Assembly: GCA_963799425.1 (NCBI GenBank)
Contig: CAWCXA010000011.1
Coordinates: forward strand, 99,263-163,262
Length of the DNA: 64,000 nucleotides
Reading direction: 5' to 3'
DNA from: an uncultured Actinomycetota bacterium
GTDB lineage: Bacteria > Actinomycetota > Actinomycetes > Jiangellales > Jiangellaceae
Made by a program: the position numbers and the translations under genes. The notes beneath the pieces were generated by a model. The model worked only from the letters and a program-made list of their open reading frames with translations. It was not told where the DNA came from and made no database searches. Shown piece by piece: positions 47,762 through 58,365 of this stretch; the first letter of the stretch is position 1; each line of letters begins with the position of its first letter.

Positions 47762-48535
47762 ATGGAGACCCAAGCGACGCCGGCCTGGCCGCTGTCGCAC
47801 GGCTTCAAGCGCGTGATGCTCAAGCTGTCCGGCGAGGCCTTCGGCGGCGGCCGCGTTGGTGTCGACCCCGATGTCGTGCAGAGCATCGCTCGGCAGATCG
47901 CCGATGTGGTCACCACGGGCACTCAGGTGGCCGTGGTCGTGGGCGGGGGCAACTTCTTCCGCGGCGCCGAGCTGCAGCAGCGTGGCATGGATCGCGACCG
48001 CGCCGACTACATGGGAATGCTGGGCACTGTCATGAACTGCCTGGCGCTGCAGGACTTCCTGGAGAAGGCCGGCGTCCCGACGCGGGTGCAGACGGCGATC
48101 ACGATGGGTCAGGTCGCCGAGCCGTACATCCCGCGACGCGCGGAGCGGCACCTCGAGAAGGGCCGTGTGGTGATCTTCGGGGCGGGTGCTGGGATGCCGT
48201 ACTTCTCCACCGACACCGTGGCCGCCCAACGCGCCCTGGAGATCGGTTGCGAGGTGCTGCTCATGGCCAAGAACGGCACGGATGGCGTCTACGACGCCGA
48301 TCCTCGGACGAACCCCGACGCCCGCCGGTTTGCCACGCTCTCCGTCGAGGACGTCATCGCCCGCAACCTGCAGGTCGCCGACACAGCTGCGTTCAGCCTG
48401 TGCCGCAACAACGGCCTGCCGATCGTGGTGTTCGACCTCAACCGCGAGGGCAACATCGCGCGGGTCGTTGCCGGAGAGCCCGTCGGCACCTTCGTGTCGG
48501 ATGACGTGCCGACGACGTACGTCGAGGACGCGTAG
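47762..48535 (+). CDS. pyrH: UMP kinase
   Basis: ORF trimmed to ATG 47762. [35 protein letters not shown] and [14 protein letters not shown]. Confidence 0.95.
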   Translation: METQATPAWPLSHGFKRVMLKLSGEAFGGGRVGVDPDVVQSIARQIADVVTTGTQVAVVVGGGNFFRGAELQQRGMDRDRADYMGMLGTVMNCLALQDFLEKAGVPTRVQTAITMGQVAEPYIPRRAERHLEKGRVVIFGAGAGMPYFSTDTVAAQRALEIGCEVLLMAKNGTDGVYDADPRTNPDARRFATLSVEDVIARNLQVADTAAFSLCRNNGLPIVVFDLNREGNIARVVAGEPVGTFVSDDVPTTYVEDA

Positions 48536-48638
48536 GCCAGCCTGGCGTTGTGGGACAACGGGTATAGCGTCAGCACAGACCGATTCGGTCAGGCAGTCCA
48601 CCAGCCGGTGACCCCGGCGGGCATGTGAGGGAGCGAAG

Positions 48639-49196
48639 TTGATCGACGACACCCTCCTCGAGGCTGAGGAGAAGATGGAGAAGGCCGTCTCGGTGGCACG
48701 AGAGGACTTCGCGACGATTCGCACGGGGCGGGCGCATCCCTCGCTGTTCAACAAGGTCGCCGTCGACTACTACGGCACCCCGACGCCGGTCAACCAGCTG
48801 GCGTCGTTCCACGTGGCCGACGCTCACATGATCACGATCACGCCCTACGACAAGGGCTCGCTGGGCGGCATCGAGCGGGCGATCCGCGACTCCGACCTGG
48901 GTGTCAACCCGAGCAACGACGGGGTGGTGATCCGCGTCGTGATGCCGCAGCTGACCGAGGAGCGCCGCCGCGACTACATCAAAGTGGCGCGCAGCAAGGC
49001 CGAGGACGCCAAGGTGTCCATCCGCAACGTGCGCAGGCACGCGAAGGATGCCCTTGACAAGCTGGCCAAGGATGGCGAGTCCGGCGAGGACGAGGTCGCG
49101 CGGGCTGAGAAGCAGCTCGAGACAATGACGAAGAAGCACGTCGACCAGGTCGACGAGCTCCTCAAGCACAAGGAATCAGAGTTGCTCGAGGTCTGA
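48639..49196 (+). CDS. frr: ribosome recycling factor
   Basis: 185 aa with a TTG start. [28 protein letters not shown]...[14 protein letters not shown]. Confidence 0.95.
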   Translation: MIDDTLLEAEEKMEKAVSVAREDFATIRTGRAHPSLFNKVAVDYYGTPTPVNQLASFHVADAHMITITPYDKGSLGGIERAIRDSDLGVNPSNDGVVIRVVMPQLTEERRRDYIKVARSKAEDAKVSIRNVRRHAKDALDKLAKDGESGEDEVARAEKQLETMTKKHVDQVDELLKHKESELLEV

Positions 49197-50050
49197 TGGG
49201 GGGGCCCGACGACTCCGCTCCACCTGCCCCGCCTGTCCCGCACGGCCGCGCAGGACGCAACCTCGGCGCAGCCACTGGCGTAGCCGTTGCCCTCGGCGCC
49301 GTCATCATCGCCAGCCTCTTCATCGAGAAGGTCGCCTTCGTCTGGCTGGTCGGCGCTGTCATCGCGATCGCGGTGTGGGAGCTGTCGACTGCGCTCGGTT
49401 TGCGCGACATCCAGGTGCCGGTCGTACCCGTCGTGCTCGGTGCCGTCGCGCTGCTCGGCTCGGCCTACGTGGGTGGCACCGAGGCGATGGTGGTGGCGCT
49501 CGCGCTCACCGTGCTCGCGGTGCTCGTGTGGCGGCTGGGCGAGCCACAGCCCGGCTACCTTCGCGACGTCAGCGCGGGCGCCTTTACGACGCTCTACGTA
49601 CCGTTCCTCGCCGGTTTCGCTGTGTTGCTCGTCCAGCCGGACGACGGCGCGTGGCGTGTGGTCACCTTCCTGTTGGTGGTCAGCGCTTCGGACACGGGTG
49701 GCTATGCATTTGGGGTGTTGTTCGGCAAGCACCCGATGGCGCCGCGGGTGAGCCCGAAGAAATCCTGGGAAGGCTTCGTCGGCTCCACCCTGCTCTGCGT
49801 TGTCGTCGGAGTGATCACGGTGGTGCTGCTGCTCGACGGCCGGTGGTGGGTCGGCATTGTGCTCGGCGTTGCCACGCTTGTCTCGGCGACACTGGGCGAC
49901 CTGGGCGAGTCGATGATCAAGCGTGACCTTGGCATCAAGGACATGGGCACCCTGCTGCCTGGTCACGGCGGCATCATGGACCGACTCGACTCGTTGCTGC
50001 CGAGCGCTCCGGTGGTCTGGCTCGTGCTCACATGGCTCGTCCCCGCCTGA
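49196..50050 (+). CDS. cdsA: phosphatidate cytidylyltransferase
   Basis: 284 aa and multi-TM. SDTGGYAFGVLFGKHPMAPRVSPKKSWEG and GDLGESMIKRDLGIKDMGTLLPGHGGIMDRLDS. Confidence 0.9.
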   Translation: MGGPDDSAPPAPPVPHGRAGRNLGAATGVAVALGAVIIASLFIEKVAFVWLVGAVIAIAVWELSTALGLRDIQVPVVPVVLGAVALLGSAYVGGTEAMVVALALTVLAVLVWRLGEPQPGYLRDVSAGAFTTLYVPFLAGFAVLLVQPDDGAWRVVTFLLVVSASDTGGYAFGVLFGKHPMAPRVSPKKSWEGFVGSTLLCVVVGVITVVLLLDGRWWVGIVLGVATLVSATLGDLGESMIKRDLGIKDMGTLLPGHGGIMDRLDSLLPSAPVVWLVLTWLVPA

Positions 50051-50076
50051 CGACCTGACACATCGGAACCCCGGTC

Positions 50077-52602
50077 TTACTCGTTGTCGCCGGCGGTGTC
50101 GAGGGAGCTAGCGGCCCGGCGGCGTCCACCACGTCTCGTGGCGGCTTCGCCCGCCTCCCACGCCCAGTTGCTTACCTCGGGCATGTCCTCACCCGTACGG
50201 CGGATGTACTGGCTGTGCTCGATCAGCTTGTCCCGCAAGGCTTCTCGCGCGTACGCCGCCGATGGTCCCAGCTGCGGGCAACGGTCGATGACGTCGATCG
50301 CCAGGTGGAACCGGTCTATCTGGTTGAGCACACACATGTCGAACGGAGTCGTGGTGGTGCCCTCCTCCTTGTACCCGCGCACGTGCATGTTGGGGTGATT
50401 GTTTCGACGGTAGGTAAGCCGGTGGATCAGCCATGGATACCCGTGATAGGCGAACACGATCGGCTTGTCCCTGGTGAACAGCGAGTCGAACTCCTGGTCA
50501 GACAGTCCGTGCGGGTGCTCGCGCTCGTCCTGCAGGCGCATCAGGTCGACAACGTTGATGAACCGGATCCGCAGGTGGGGAAAGAAGCCACGCAGCAGCT
50601 GGGTCGCGGCTAGTGCCTCCATCGTCGGCACGTCGCCCGCGCAGCCGATGACCACGTCGGGCTCGTTGTCCCGGTCGTTGCTCGCCCAGTCCCAGATGCC
50701 GATGCCCTTGGTGCAGTGTTTGACGGCAGCGTCCATCGACAGGAACTGCCGAGCCGGCTGCTTACCCGCCACGATGACGTTGACATAGTTGCGACTGCGC
50801 AGGCAGTGGTCGCCGACAGACAGCAGCGTGTTTGCGTCCGGTGGCAGGTAGACCCTGATGACGTCGGCCTTCTTGTTGATCACGTGGTCGATGAAGCCTG
50901 GGTCCTGGTGCGAGAAGCCGTTGTGGTCCTGGCGCCACACGTGCGAGGTCAACAGGTAGTTCAGTGACGCGATCGGCCGCCGCCACGGGATCCCGCGAGT
51001 CGTCTTCAGCCACTTTGCGTGCTGGTTGAACATCGAGTCGATGATGTGGATGAAGGCCTCGTAGCACGAAAAGAACCCGTGCCGACCCGTCAAGAGATAG
51101 CCCTCCAGCCAGCCCTGACACGTGTGCTCGGACAGGATCTCCATCACCCGCCCGTCGGGTGCGAGCTTGTCGTCGTACGGGAATGTCTCGGCGTTCCACG
51201 CGCGATTGGTGACTTCGAGGACTGCGCCGAGACGGTTGGAGTTGTTCTCGTCCGGCGAGAAGACCCGGAAGTTCTTGTTCTCCTTGTTGCGTGCCATGAC
51301 GTCGCGCAGAAACACGCCAAGGATCCGCGTGGCCTCCGCCACCGGCACACCCGGCTGGTCGACGTCCACGGCGTAGTCGCGAAAGTCCGGCATCCGCAGG
51401 TCATGCAGCAGGGCGCCGCCGTTGGCGTGCGGGTTGGCACTCATGCGGCGGGTGCCCTGTGGGTGGAAGTTGGCGACCTCTGGTACGGGAGCGCCGGTGC
51501 TGTCGAAGAGCTCTTGGGGCCGGTACGACTTGAGCCACTTCTCGAGCGCCTTGAGGTGCTTGGGGTCGTCGCGCACCTCGGAGAACGGCACCTGGTGGCT
51601 GCGCCAGTAGCCCTCTTCGCGAAGGCCGTCGATCTCTTTCGGCCCGGTCCAGCCCTTGGGTGAGCGCAGCACGATCATGGGCCAGCGCGGGCGCGTCGGG
51701 TCACCATGGTCGCGGGCCTGCCGGCGAATCTTGTCGATGGCGTCGAGGACCTGGTCGAGTGTGCCGGCGAACTCCTGGTGCATGTAGTCCGGGTCGGAGC
51801 CGCTGACGAAGTACGGCTCCCAGCCGCAGCCCACGAGGAAGGCGCGTAGCTCGTCTTCGGGGATGCGGGCCAGAACTGTCGGGTTGGCGATCTTGTATCC
51901 GTTGAGGTGCAGGATCGGCAGCACAGCGCCGTCCGTGACCGGGTCGAGGAACTTGTTGCCGTGCCATGACGTCGCGAGCGGCCCGGTCTCCGCCTCGCCG
52001 TCACCGATCACGCAGGCAACGACGAGGTCGGGATTGTCGAAGGCCGCGCCGAAGGCATGTGACAGCGAATAGCCAAGCTCGCCGCCTTCGTGGATGGACC
52101 CCGGCGTCTCCGGAGCGACGTGGCTGGGGATGCCGCCCGGGAACGAGAACTGGGTGAACAGACGCTGCATCCCTTCCTCGTCCAGCGACACGTTCGGATA
52201 GACCTGTGAGTACGTGCCCTCCAGCCAGGCGGCCCCGACGATGGCTGGACCGCCATGGCCAGGGCCGGTGATGTAGATCATGTCGAGGTCGCGAGCCATG
52301 ATCGCCCGGTTGAGGTGTGCATAGATGAACGAGAGCCCCGGCGACGTGCCCCAGTGGCCCAGCAGCCGCGGCTTGACGTGCTCGGCACGCAACGGCTCCT
52401 TCAGCAGCGGGTTGTCCAAAAGGTAGATCTGCCCCACGGACAGGTAGTTGGACGCCCGCCACCACTGGTCGATGACGCGCAGCTCGTCGGCAGACAGCGG
52501 GCCGTCGGCTGGGGAAGTGCTCTTGCTGGTTCTGCTGACGGACTTCTTGGCCACTCTCTTGCCGGCTCCGCGGGCTTTGCGAGCGCGCGTGGTCGTGGTC
52601 AT
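50077..52602 (-). CDS. phosphoketolase (xylulose-5-P/fructose-6-P phosphoketolase family)
   Basis: ORF trimmed to ATG 52602 with a [42 protein letters not shown] and [15 protein letters not shown]. Confidence 0.9.
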   Translation of the reverse strand: MTTTTRARKARGAGKRVAKKSVSRTSKSTSPADGPLSADELRVIDQWWRASNYLSVGQIYLLDNPLLKEPLRAEHVKPRLLGHWGTSPGLSFIYAHLNRAIMARDLDMIYITGPGHGGPAIVGAAWLEGTYSQVYPNVSLDEEGMQRLFTQFSFPGGIPSHVAPETPGSIHEGGELGYSLSHAFGAAFDNPDLVVACVIGDGEAETGPLATSWHGNKFLDPVTDGAVLPILHLNGYKIANPTVLARIPEDELRAFLVGCGWEPYFVSGSDPDYMHQEFAGTLDQVLDAIDKIRRQARDHGDPTRPRWPMIVLRSPKGWTGPKEIDGLREEGYWRSHQVPFSEVRDDPKHLKALEKWLKSYRPQELFDSTGAPVPEVANFHPQGTRRMSANPHANGGALLHDLRMPDFRDYAVDVDQPGVPVAEATRILGVFLRDVMARNKENKNFRVFSPDENNSNRLGAVLEVTNRAWNAETFPYDDKLAPDGRVMEILSEHTCQGWLEGYLLTGRHGFFSCYEAFIHIIDSMFNQHAKWLKTTRGIPWRRPIASLNYLLTSHVWRQDHNGFSHQDPGFIDHVINKKADVIRVYLPPDANTLLSVGDHCLRSRNYVNVIVAGKQPARQFLSMDAAVKHCTKGIGIWDWASNDRDNEPDVVIGCAGDVPTMEALAATQLLRGFFPHLRIRFINVVDLMRLQDEREHPHGLSDQEFDSLFTRDKPIVFAYHGYPWLIHRLTYRRNNHPNMHVRGYKEEGTTTTPFDMCVLNQIDRFHLAIDVIDRCPQLGPSAAYAREALRDKLIEHSQYIRRTGEDMPEVSNWAWEAGEAATRRGGRRRAASSLDTAGDNE

Positions 52603-52700
52603 GGGCGATCCTCCGCTGCGGAGTGGGTATGGGCTCGATGGCAAGCCTTTCGCGTCGACGGACAAACGCAACATGGCGTGCATGGGACACTGGTCGGGTC

Positions 52701-53831
52701 ATGCCTGCACCCGGTGAGCTCACCTTCGTCGCCCCGCGTCGCGCCAAACCGCCGCGCCACCTCGCAGACCTTGCGCCAGGTGAGCGCCGAGAGGCGGTGA
52801 CCGAGCTCGGACACAAACCGTTCCGGGCGGCGCAGCTGTCCCAGCACTACTTCGCGCGGTTCACCCGCGACCCGCACGAGATGACCGACCTGCCCAAGGC
52901 CGTACGGGACGAGCTCGTGGGCCAGCTCATGCCGCGCCTGCTCGATCCCGTACGGCATCTCGAAGCCGACCGCGGCATGACCCGCAAGACGTTGTGGAAG
53001 CTGTTCGACGGCGCCCTCGTCGAGAGCGTCCTCATGCGCTATCCGGGCGGCGGCGTGCACCGCGACCGAGTAACGATCTGTGTTTCCAGCCAGGCCGGCT
53101 GCGGCATGAACTGCCCGTTCTGTGCGACGGGCCAGGCCGGCCTCACCCGCAACATGTCAGCCGGTGAGATCGTTGACCAGGTCGTGGCCGCGGCGGGCGC
53201 GCTCGCCCGCGGCGAGATCGCAGGTGGCCCGGGCCGCATCACCAACGTGGTGTTCATGGGGATGGGCGAGCCGCTCGCCAACTACAAGGCGGTCATCGGC
53301 GCGGTGCGTCGTCTCACCGAGCCGGCTCCGGACGGCCTCGGCATCTCCCAGCGCGGCGTCACAGTGTCGACCGTTGGCCTCGTACCCAAGATCACGCAGC
53401 TGACCGACGAGGGATTGTCGGTCACCCTCGCGCTGTCCCTGCACGCGCCCGACGACGAGCTGCGCGACGAGCTCGTGCCGATCAACACCCGCTGGCGGGT
53501 CGGGGAGGCCCTGGACGCGGCACGGGCCTACTTCGACCGCACCGGCCGGCGGGTCAGCATCGAGTACGCGCTCATCCGCGACATCAACGACCAGGCCTGG
53601 CGCGGCGACCTGCTGGGTCGGCTGCTCGTGCAGCGCGGGAAGGGCTGGGTGCACGTCAACCCCATCCCGCTCAACCCGACACCCGGCTCGAAGTGGACTG
53701 CGTCACGTCCGGAGGACGAGCGCGCCTTCGTCGAATCGCTAGCCGCACACGGCGTTCCGGTCACCATCCGCGACACCCGTGGCCGCGAGATCGATGGGGC
53801 CTGTGGACAGCTCGCCGCGGTGGAGGTCTAA
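52701..53831 (+). CDS. rlmN: 23S rRNA/tRNA (adenine-C2)-methyltransferase RlmN (radical SAM)
   Basis: ORF trimmed to ATG 52701. [32 protein letters not shown] and the C-terminal IDGACGQL. Confidence 0.9.
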   Translation: MPAPGELTFVAPRRAKPPRHLADLAPGERREAVTELGHKPFRAAQLSQHYFARFTRDPHEMTDLPKAVRDELVGQLMPRLLDPVRHLEADRGMTRKTLWKLFDGALVESVLMRYPGGGVHRDRVTICVSSQAGCGMNCPFCATGQAGLTRNMSAGEIVDQVVAAAGALARGEIAGGPGRITNVVFMGMGEPLANYKAVIGAVRRLTEPAPDGLGISQRGVTVSTVGLVPKITQLTDEGLSVTLALSLHAPDDELRDELVPINTRWRVGEALDAARAYFDRTGRRVSIEYALIRDINDQAWRGDLLGRLLVQRGKGWVHVNPIPLNPTPGSKWTASRPEDERAFVESLAAHGVPVTIRDTRGREIDGACGQLAAVEV

Positions 53832-53864
53832 CATCACCCCGATACGAATGGGGTGAATCGGTCT

Positions 53865-54821
53865 ATGGCTGTCTCTCGGGAGCCCGAGTTCGGCACGGTT
53901 CGCATGCGCGAAGGGTACGACCTCGACGACGTCGACGACTTCGTCGATCTCGTGGTCGACTCGCTCGACGGCAAGGGCAATCGCAAGGTCACGCCAGAGC
54001 AGATCGAGCGGTACGAGTTCAAGATCGTGCGCATGCGCACCGGCTACTCGATGGAGGATGTCGACCGCTGGCTCGATGAGGCCGCGGCCGAGCTGCGCGC
54101 CCGCCTGAAGGCGGCCCGCCAGTCGGAACCGGCGCGCGCGGCGCAGCCGCCGCCGCCCCCACCTCCGGTTGCGCCGCCGCCACCCCCGGTCGCCCCTCCC
54201 GTCAGCCCTGGCTACGACGACTCCACGCAATGGTGGCCTGCGCCGACCCCGCCGGCACCCCCCGCTCCCGCGCCGCTCCCGATGCCTGCTCCGATGCCGG
54301 TCCCGGCTGCCGGCTACACCACGACGACCACCTACGGCACGCCCGCGTACGACCCGCAGCCCAGCTACCCCCCGGGCACTCCGCTCGAGCAGACCGGCCA
54401 CGGCCGCGACACGGCCACCGGCCACGCTGCTGCGCTGGTGCACCACATCGAGCTGTGGGTCCGCGACTTCGACTCCGGTGTCGCGTCGTGGGGCTGGCTA
54501 TTCCAGCGGCTCGGCTGGCGCATCGGCCGGGTGTGGGAGCACGGCTGCGCCTGGGCGAGCCCCGACGGGCCCTACATCGTGATCGAGTCCGGCCCGGACC
54601 TGCGCTGGATGCCGCACGACCGGCGCTCGCCCGGGATGAATCACCTCGCATTCGAGGTGCTCGACCGGGCCACGGTCGACCGCATCGTCGCCGACGGCCC
54701 ACTGCACGGTTGGCAACTGATGTTCCCCGACCGGCATCCGTTCGCGGGTGGGCCCGACCACTATGCGGCCTACATGGAGAACGGCGAGGGGTTCGAGGTA
54801 GAGATCGTCTCGGCGCAGTAG
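53865..54821 (+). CDS. fusion protein: two DivIVA-type N-terminal motifs, Pro-rich linker, VOC/glyoxalase-fold C-terminal domain
   Basis: FGTVRMREGYDLDDVDDFVDLVVDSL and FKIVRMRTGYSMEDVDRWLDEAAAEL come first. A ~90-aa Pro-rich segment follows. The C-terminus is HHIELWVRDFD...NHLAFEV...EVEIV. Start is ATG 53865 or GTG 53853. Confidence 0.65.
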   Translation: MAVSREPEFGTVRMREGYDLDDVDDFVDLVVDSLDGKGNRKVTPEQIERYEFKIVRMRTGYSMEDVDRWLDEAAAELRARLKAARQSEPARAAQPPPPPPPVAPPPPPVAPPVSPGYDDSTQWWPAPTPPAPPAPAPLPMPAPMPVPAAGYTTTTTYGTPAYDPQPSYPPGTPLEQTGHGRDTATGHAAALVHHIELWVRDFDSGVASWGWLFQRLGWRIGRVWEHGCAWASPDGPYIVIESGPDLRWMPHDRRSPGMNHLAFEVLDRATVDRIVADGPLHGWQLMFPDRHPFAGGPDHYAAYMENGEGFEVEIVSAQ

Positions 54822-54839
54822 GGGCTGCTCGAGTGGGCG

Positions 54840-56210
54840 CTAGTCGCCGAGGAGACGGCCAACGGCGGCGGCGCGGCGGGACGGCCGGCTCTTGCGGGCC
54901 TCGGCGGCATCGGCGGACTGCATGAGGCGCAGGGCGGCGTTGACGCCGAGCCAGCGAAAGGGTTCGGGCTCCCAGCGTGGCGAGCGGTGACCGACCCACG
55001 CCAGCTTCACCAGATCGGAGTCGCGGCCGAGCACCAGGTCGGCGAGAGTGCGTCCGGCCAGGTTGCTCGTCGCGACGCCGTCACCGACGTAGCCGCCAGC
55101 CCAGCCGAGCCCCGTGTGCACATCCAGGCCGCACGACGGAAACCAGTCCCGGGGCACTCCGAGCGGCCCGCCCCACTGATGCGTGATCTGCGCCCCCGCG
55201 AGCACCGGGAACAGCTCGCGCAGCGTCTCGTGCAGCGCCACGTGCACGCCGGCGTCCACGTCGTACGCAGGCCGCGTTTGAGAGCGGAAGTGGTACGGCG
55301 CACCGCGGCCGCCGAAGGCCAGCCGGCCGTCCGCCGTCCGCTGCCCGTAGATGATCATGTGCCGGAAGTCCGCGAACGTCTCTCGCTGCACCAGCCCGAT
55401 CTGCTCCCACACGGAGTCAGGGAGTGGCTCGGTGGCGAGCATCAGGGAGTAGACCGGCGCCAGCGTGCGGGCATGCCCGGGCAGCACCGCCGTATAGCCC
55501 TCGGTGGCCCGCAGGACGACGTCCGCTCGGACAGTTCCGTAGGGCGTCTCCAGGCGTCGTGGAGCGATGCGGGTGACCGGGGTGTGCTCGTGCACCCGTA
55601 CGCCGTGACGCTCGACCGCTGCGGCCAGCCCTCGGACGAGACGCGTAGGCTGGATTGCCGCGCAGTGCGGCGTAAAGGTCCCGCCCAGCACGTTGGTCGC
55701 TCCCATGCGCTCCGCGGCCTCCGCGGGCCCGAGGAGCGCCAGGTCGTCCTCCGAGTCGCCCCACTCGCGGCCCTCGGCGACGTATGCGCGCGCCCGCTCG
55801 AGCTGCGCCTTCGACCGCGCGGCGACCACCGTGCCGCCCTTGGTGAAGTGGCAGTCGATCCCCTCGAGATCGGCCACCCGACGGACCTCGTCGATGGTGC
55901 GCCGCATCGCCCGCTGCAGGGTGAGGGCCGGCTCACGCCCGTACCGTCGCGCAACGGCCGGCAGCGAGGCCGGGAACAACGCCGAGCACCAGCCGCCGTT
56001 GCGGCCCGACGCGCCGAACCCCGCGACCGCCTGCTCGAGCACGACGATTCGCAGGCTCGGGTCGGCAGCCGCCAGGTAGTACGCGGACCACAGCCCCGTG
56101 TAGCCCGCTCCGACGATGGCGACGTCGACATCGAGGTCGCCGGCGAGCGGCGGGCGCTCGGGGCCGCGCAAGTCGTCCGGCAGGGCGTCCCACCAGAGCG
56201 GGATGTGCAC
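54840..56210 (-). CDS. FAD-dependent oxidoreductase (DAO family, gamma-glutamylputrescine-oxidase-like)
   Basis: ORF trimmed to GTG 56210. Dinucleotide motif DVAIVGAGYTGLWSAYYLA and GASGRNGGW. The start choice is uncertain. Confidence 0.8.
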   Translation of the reverse strand: MHIPLWWDALPDDLRGPERPPLAGDLDVDVAIVGAGYTGLWSAYYLAAADPSLRIVVLEQAVAGFGASGRNGGWCSALFPASLPAVARRYGREPALTLQRAMRRTIDEVRRVADLEGIDCHFTKGGTVVAARSKAQLERARAYVAEGREWGDSEDDLALLGPAEAAERMGATNVLGGTFTPHCAAIQPTRLVRGLAAAVERHGVRVHEHTPVTRIAPRRLETPYGTVRADVVLRATEGYTAVLPGHARTLAPVYSLMLATEPLPDSVWEQIGLVQRETFADFRHMIIYGQRTADGRLAFGGRGAPYHFRSQTRPAYDVDAGVHVALHETLRELFPVLAGAQITHQWGGPLGVPRDWFPSCGLDVHTGLGWAGGYVGDGVATSNLAGRTLADLVLGRDSDLVKLAWVGHRSPRWEPEPFRWLGVNAALRLMQSADAAEARKSRPSRRAAAVGRLLGD

Positions 56211-56218
56211 GAGTTCGC

Positions 56219-57589
56219 CTAGAGCAGCGACCAGGCGCGGCCGAGTACGTCTCGCAGGATCTGCTCGATCTCGTCGAACTCCTCCTGACCCACGATCAGC
56301 GGCGGGGCGAGCTGCACGACCGGGTCGCCGCGGTCGTCGGCGCGGCAGTACAGCCCGGCGTCGAACAGCGCCTTGGACAGGAAGCCGCGCAGGATCCGCT
56401 CGCTCTCCTCGTCGGTGAACGTCTCCTTGGTGCTCTTGTCCTTGACCAGCTCGATGCCGTAGAAGTACCCGTCGCCACGGACCTCGCCGACGATCGGCAG
56501 GTCGGTGAGCTTCTCCAGCGTCGCGCGGAAGGCGCCCTCGTTGTCGAGCACCCGCTGCGGCAGCTTCTCGCGCTCGAAGATGTCGAGGTTGGCGAGCGCC
56601 ACCGCCGACGAAACCGGGTGCCCGCCGAACGTATAGCCGTGCGGGAAGAACGTGTCGCCCTGATAGAACGGCTCGGCAATGCGGTCGGAGAAGATCGCCG
56701 CGCCGATGGGGGAGTATCCCGAGGTCATTCCCTTGGCGCACAGGACGATGTCGGGTAAGTAGTCGAACTTCTCGCAGGCGAACATCGTGCCCAGTCGGCC
56801 GAAGGCGCAGATCACCTCATCGGACACGAGCAGCACGTCGTACGCGTCGCAGATCTCGCGCACCCGCTGGAAATAGCCCGGCGGCGGCGGAAAGCAACCG
56901 CCCGCGTTCTGCACCGGCTCCAGGAACACCGCGGCGACGGTGTCGGGTCCCTCGAAGAGGATCGCCTGCTCGATCTGGTCGGCCGCCCAGCGCCCGAACG
57001 CCTCCAGGTCGTCGCCGTGTTCAGGAGCGCGGTAGAAGTTGGTGTTGGGCACCCGGAACGAACCCGGCACTAGGGGCTCGAACGGTGCCTTGAAAGCGGG
57101 GATGCCGGTGATCGACAGCGCGCCTTGCGGCGTGCCGTGGTAGGCGATCGCCCTGCTGATCACCTTGTACTTGCCGGGCTTGCCGACCAGCTTGAAGTAC
57201 TGCTTGGCGGCCTTCCACGCCGTCTCGACCGCCTCGCCGCCGCCGGTCGTGAAGAAGACCTTGTTGAGATCGCCGGGGGCGTACGACGCGAGCCGGTCGG
57301 CGAGCTCGACCGCGGCCGGGTGGGCGTAGCTCCAGATCGGGAAGAACGCGAGCTCGGCTGCCTGCTTGGCGGCGACGTCAGCGAGTTCCCTGCGTCCGTG
57401 TCCAGCCTGCACGACGAAGAGCCCGGCAAGACCATCGAGGTAGCGCCGGCCGTTGCTGTCGTAGATGTAGGCGCCTTCGCCGCGCACGATCGTGGGCACG
57501 GGTGCGTCCGCGTACGACGACATGCGGGTGAAGTGCATCCACAGGTGTTCGTAGGCGGTGCGGGACATCTGGTCAGGGTTGCTCGTCAT
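56219..57589 (-). CDS. class III (omega) aminotransferase
   Basis: 456 aa. GLAGLFVVQAGHGR, DEVICAFGRLG and CAKGMTSGYSPIG (PLP Lys). Confidence 0.9.
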   Translation of the reverse strand: MTSNPDQMSRTAYEHLWMHFTRMSSYADAPVPTIVRGEGAYIYDSNGRRYLDGLAGLFVVQAGHGRRELADVAAKQAAELAFFPIWSYAHPAAVELADRLASYAPGDLNKVFFTTGGGEAVETAWKAAKQYFKLVGKPGKYKVISRAIAYHGTPQGALSITGIPAFKAPFEPLVPGSFRVPNTNFYRAPEHGDDLEAFGRWAADQIEQAILFEGPDTVAAVFLEPVQNAGGCFPPPPGYFQRVREICDAYDVLLVSDEVICAFGRLGTMFACEKFDYLPDIVLCAKGMTSGYSPIGAAIFSDRIAEPFYQGDTFFPHGYTFGGHPVSSAVALANLDIFEREKLPQRVLDNEGAFRATLEKLTDLPIVGEVRGDGYFYGIELVKDKSTKETFTDEESERILRGFLSKALFDAGLYCRADDRGDPVVQLAPPLIVGQEEFDEIEQILRDVLGRAWSLL

Positions 57590-58065
57590 CGTGTTCCCCA
57601 GGTGTAGGTCTGCTTGCGGAGCTTGAGGTAGAGAAAGGTCTCGGTGCTCGCCACGCCGGGCAGTGCGCGGATGTGCTCGGAGAGCAGGTCGAGCAGGTGC
57701 GCGTCGTTCTCTGCGACCACCTCGGCGAGGATGTCGAACGACCCGGCAGTCAGCACGACGTAGTCGACCTCGGCGATCTCGGCCAGCGCATCGGCGACCA
57801 CCCTGCAGTCGCCCTCGACGCGGATGCCGATCATCGCCTGCCGCCCGAGACCGACCTGGACGGGGTCGGTGACAGCCACGACTTGCATCACTCCGGTGTC
57901 GATGAGCCGCTGGACACGCTGCCGGACGGCCGCCTCGGACAGCCCCACGGCCTTGCCGATGGCGGCGTACGACCGGCGGCCGTCCTGCTGCAGCTGCTCG
58001 ATGATCGATTTCGAGACGTCATCGAGGTGGCCGTTGCGGTCGCGGAGAGTCACGCGGGTCATCAT
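57586..58065 (-). CDS. Lrp/AsnC-family transcriptional regulator
   Basis: ORF trimmed to ATG 58065. LDDVSKSIIEQLQQDGRRSYAAIGKAVGLSEAAVRQRVQRLIDTGVM. The stop overlaps the aminotransferase start. Confidence 0.9.
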   Translation of the reverse strand: MMTRVTLRDRNGHLDDVSKSIIEQLQQDGRRSYAAIGKAVGLSEAAVRQRVQRLIDTGVMQVVAVTDPVQVGLGRQAMIGIRVEGDCRVVADALAEIAEVDYVVLTAGSFDILAEVVAENDAHLLDLLSEHIRALPGVASTETFLYLKLRKQTYTWGTR

Positions 58066-58365
58066 TACGGCCGCACGATCTCGTTGACAAGCAAATCCGC
58101 GGAGATTCGGCACGCCAGGTGCGGAATCAACACGTCCGGCTGGGCGTGGCCACGGTTTACGCAGCCTGGACCGGCGAGCTCTGGCCTCTTGCCCTCGGTG
58201 CACAACGATCCGATAGCGATTCCGTGGCAAATAGCGCAGGGCCCCTACGGAATCCCTTGTCAGCACCCGGCTCACATGTCAGGATCAGCGACTTGGGGGG
58301 GTGGATCGGGCGATGCCGCTATATTCGATCCGGTTTGGGACGACTTGAACATCGGGTGAGGTGAT

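Noticed and set aside
53802-53811. Lone CTGTGGACAG (reverse complement of TGTCCACAG) inside rlmN
   Set aside because: It has no partner repeat 31 bp away on either side. It encodes the conserved RlmN C-terminal ACGQL motif, so it is a chance match to half of the 39-bp element. The same applies to GTCCACA at about 15839 in the sortase CDS.
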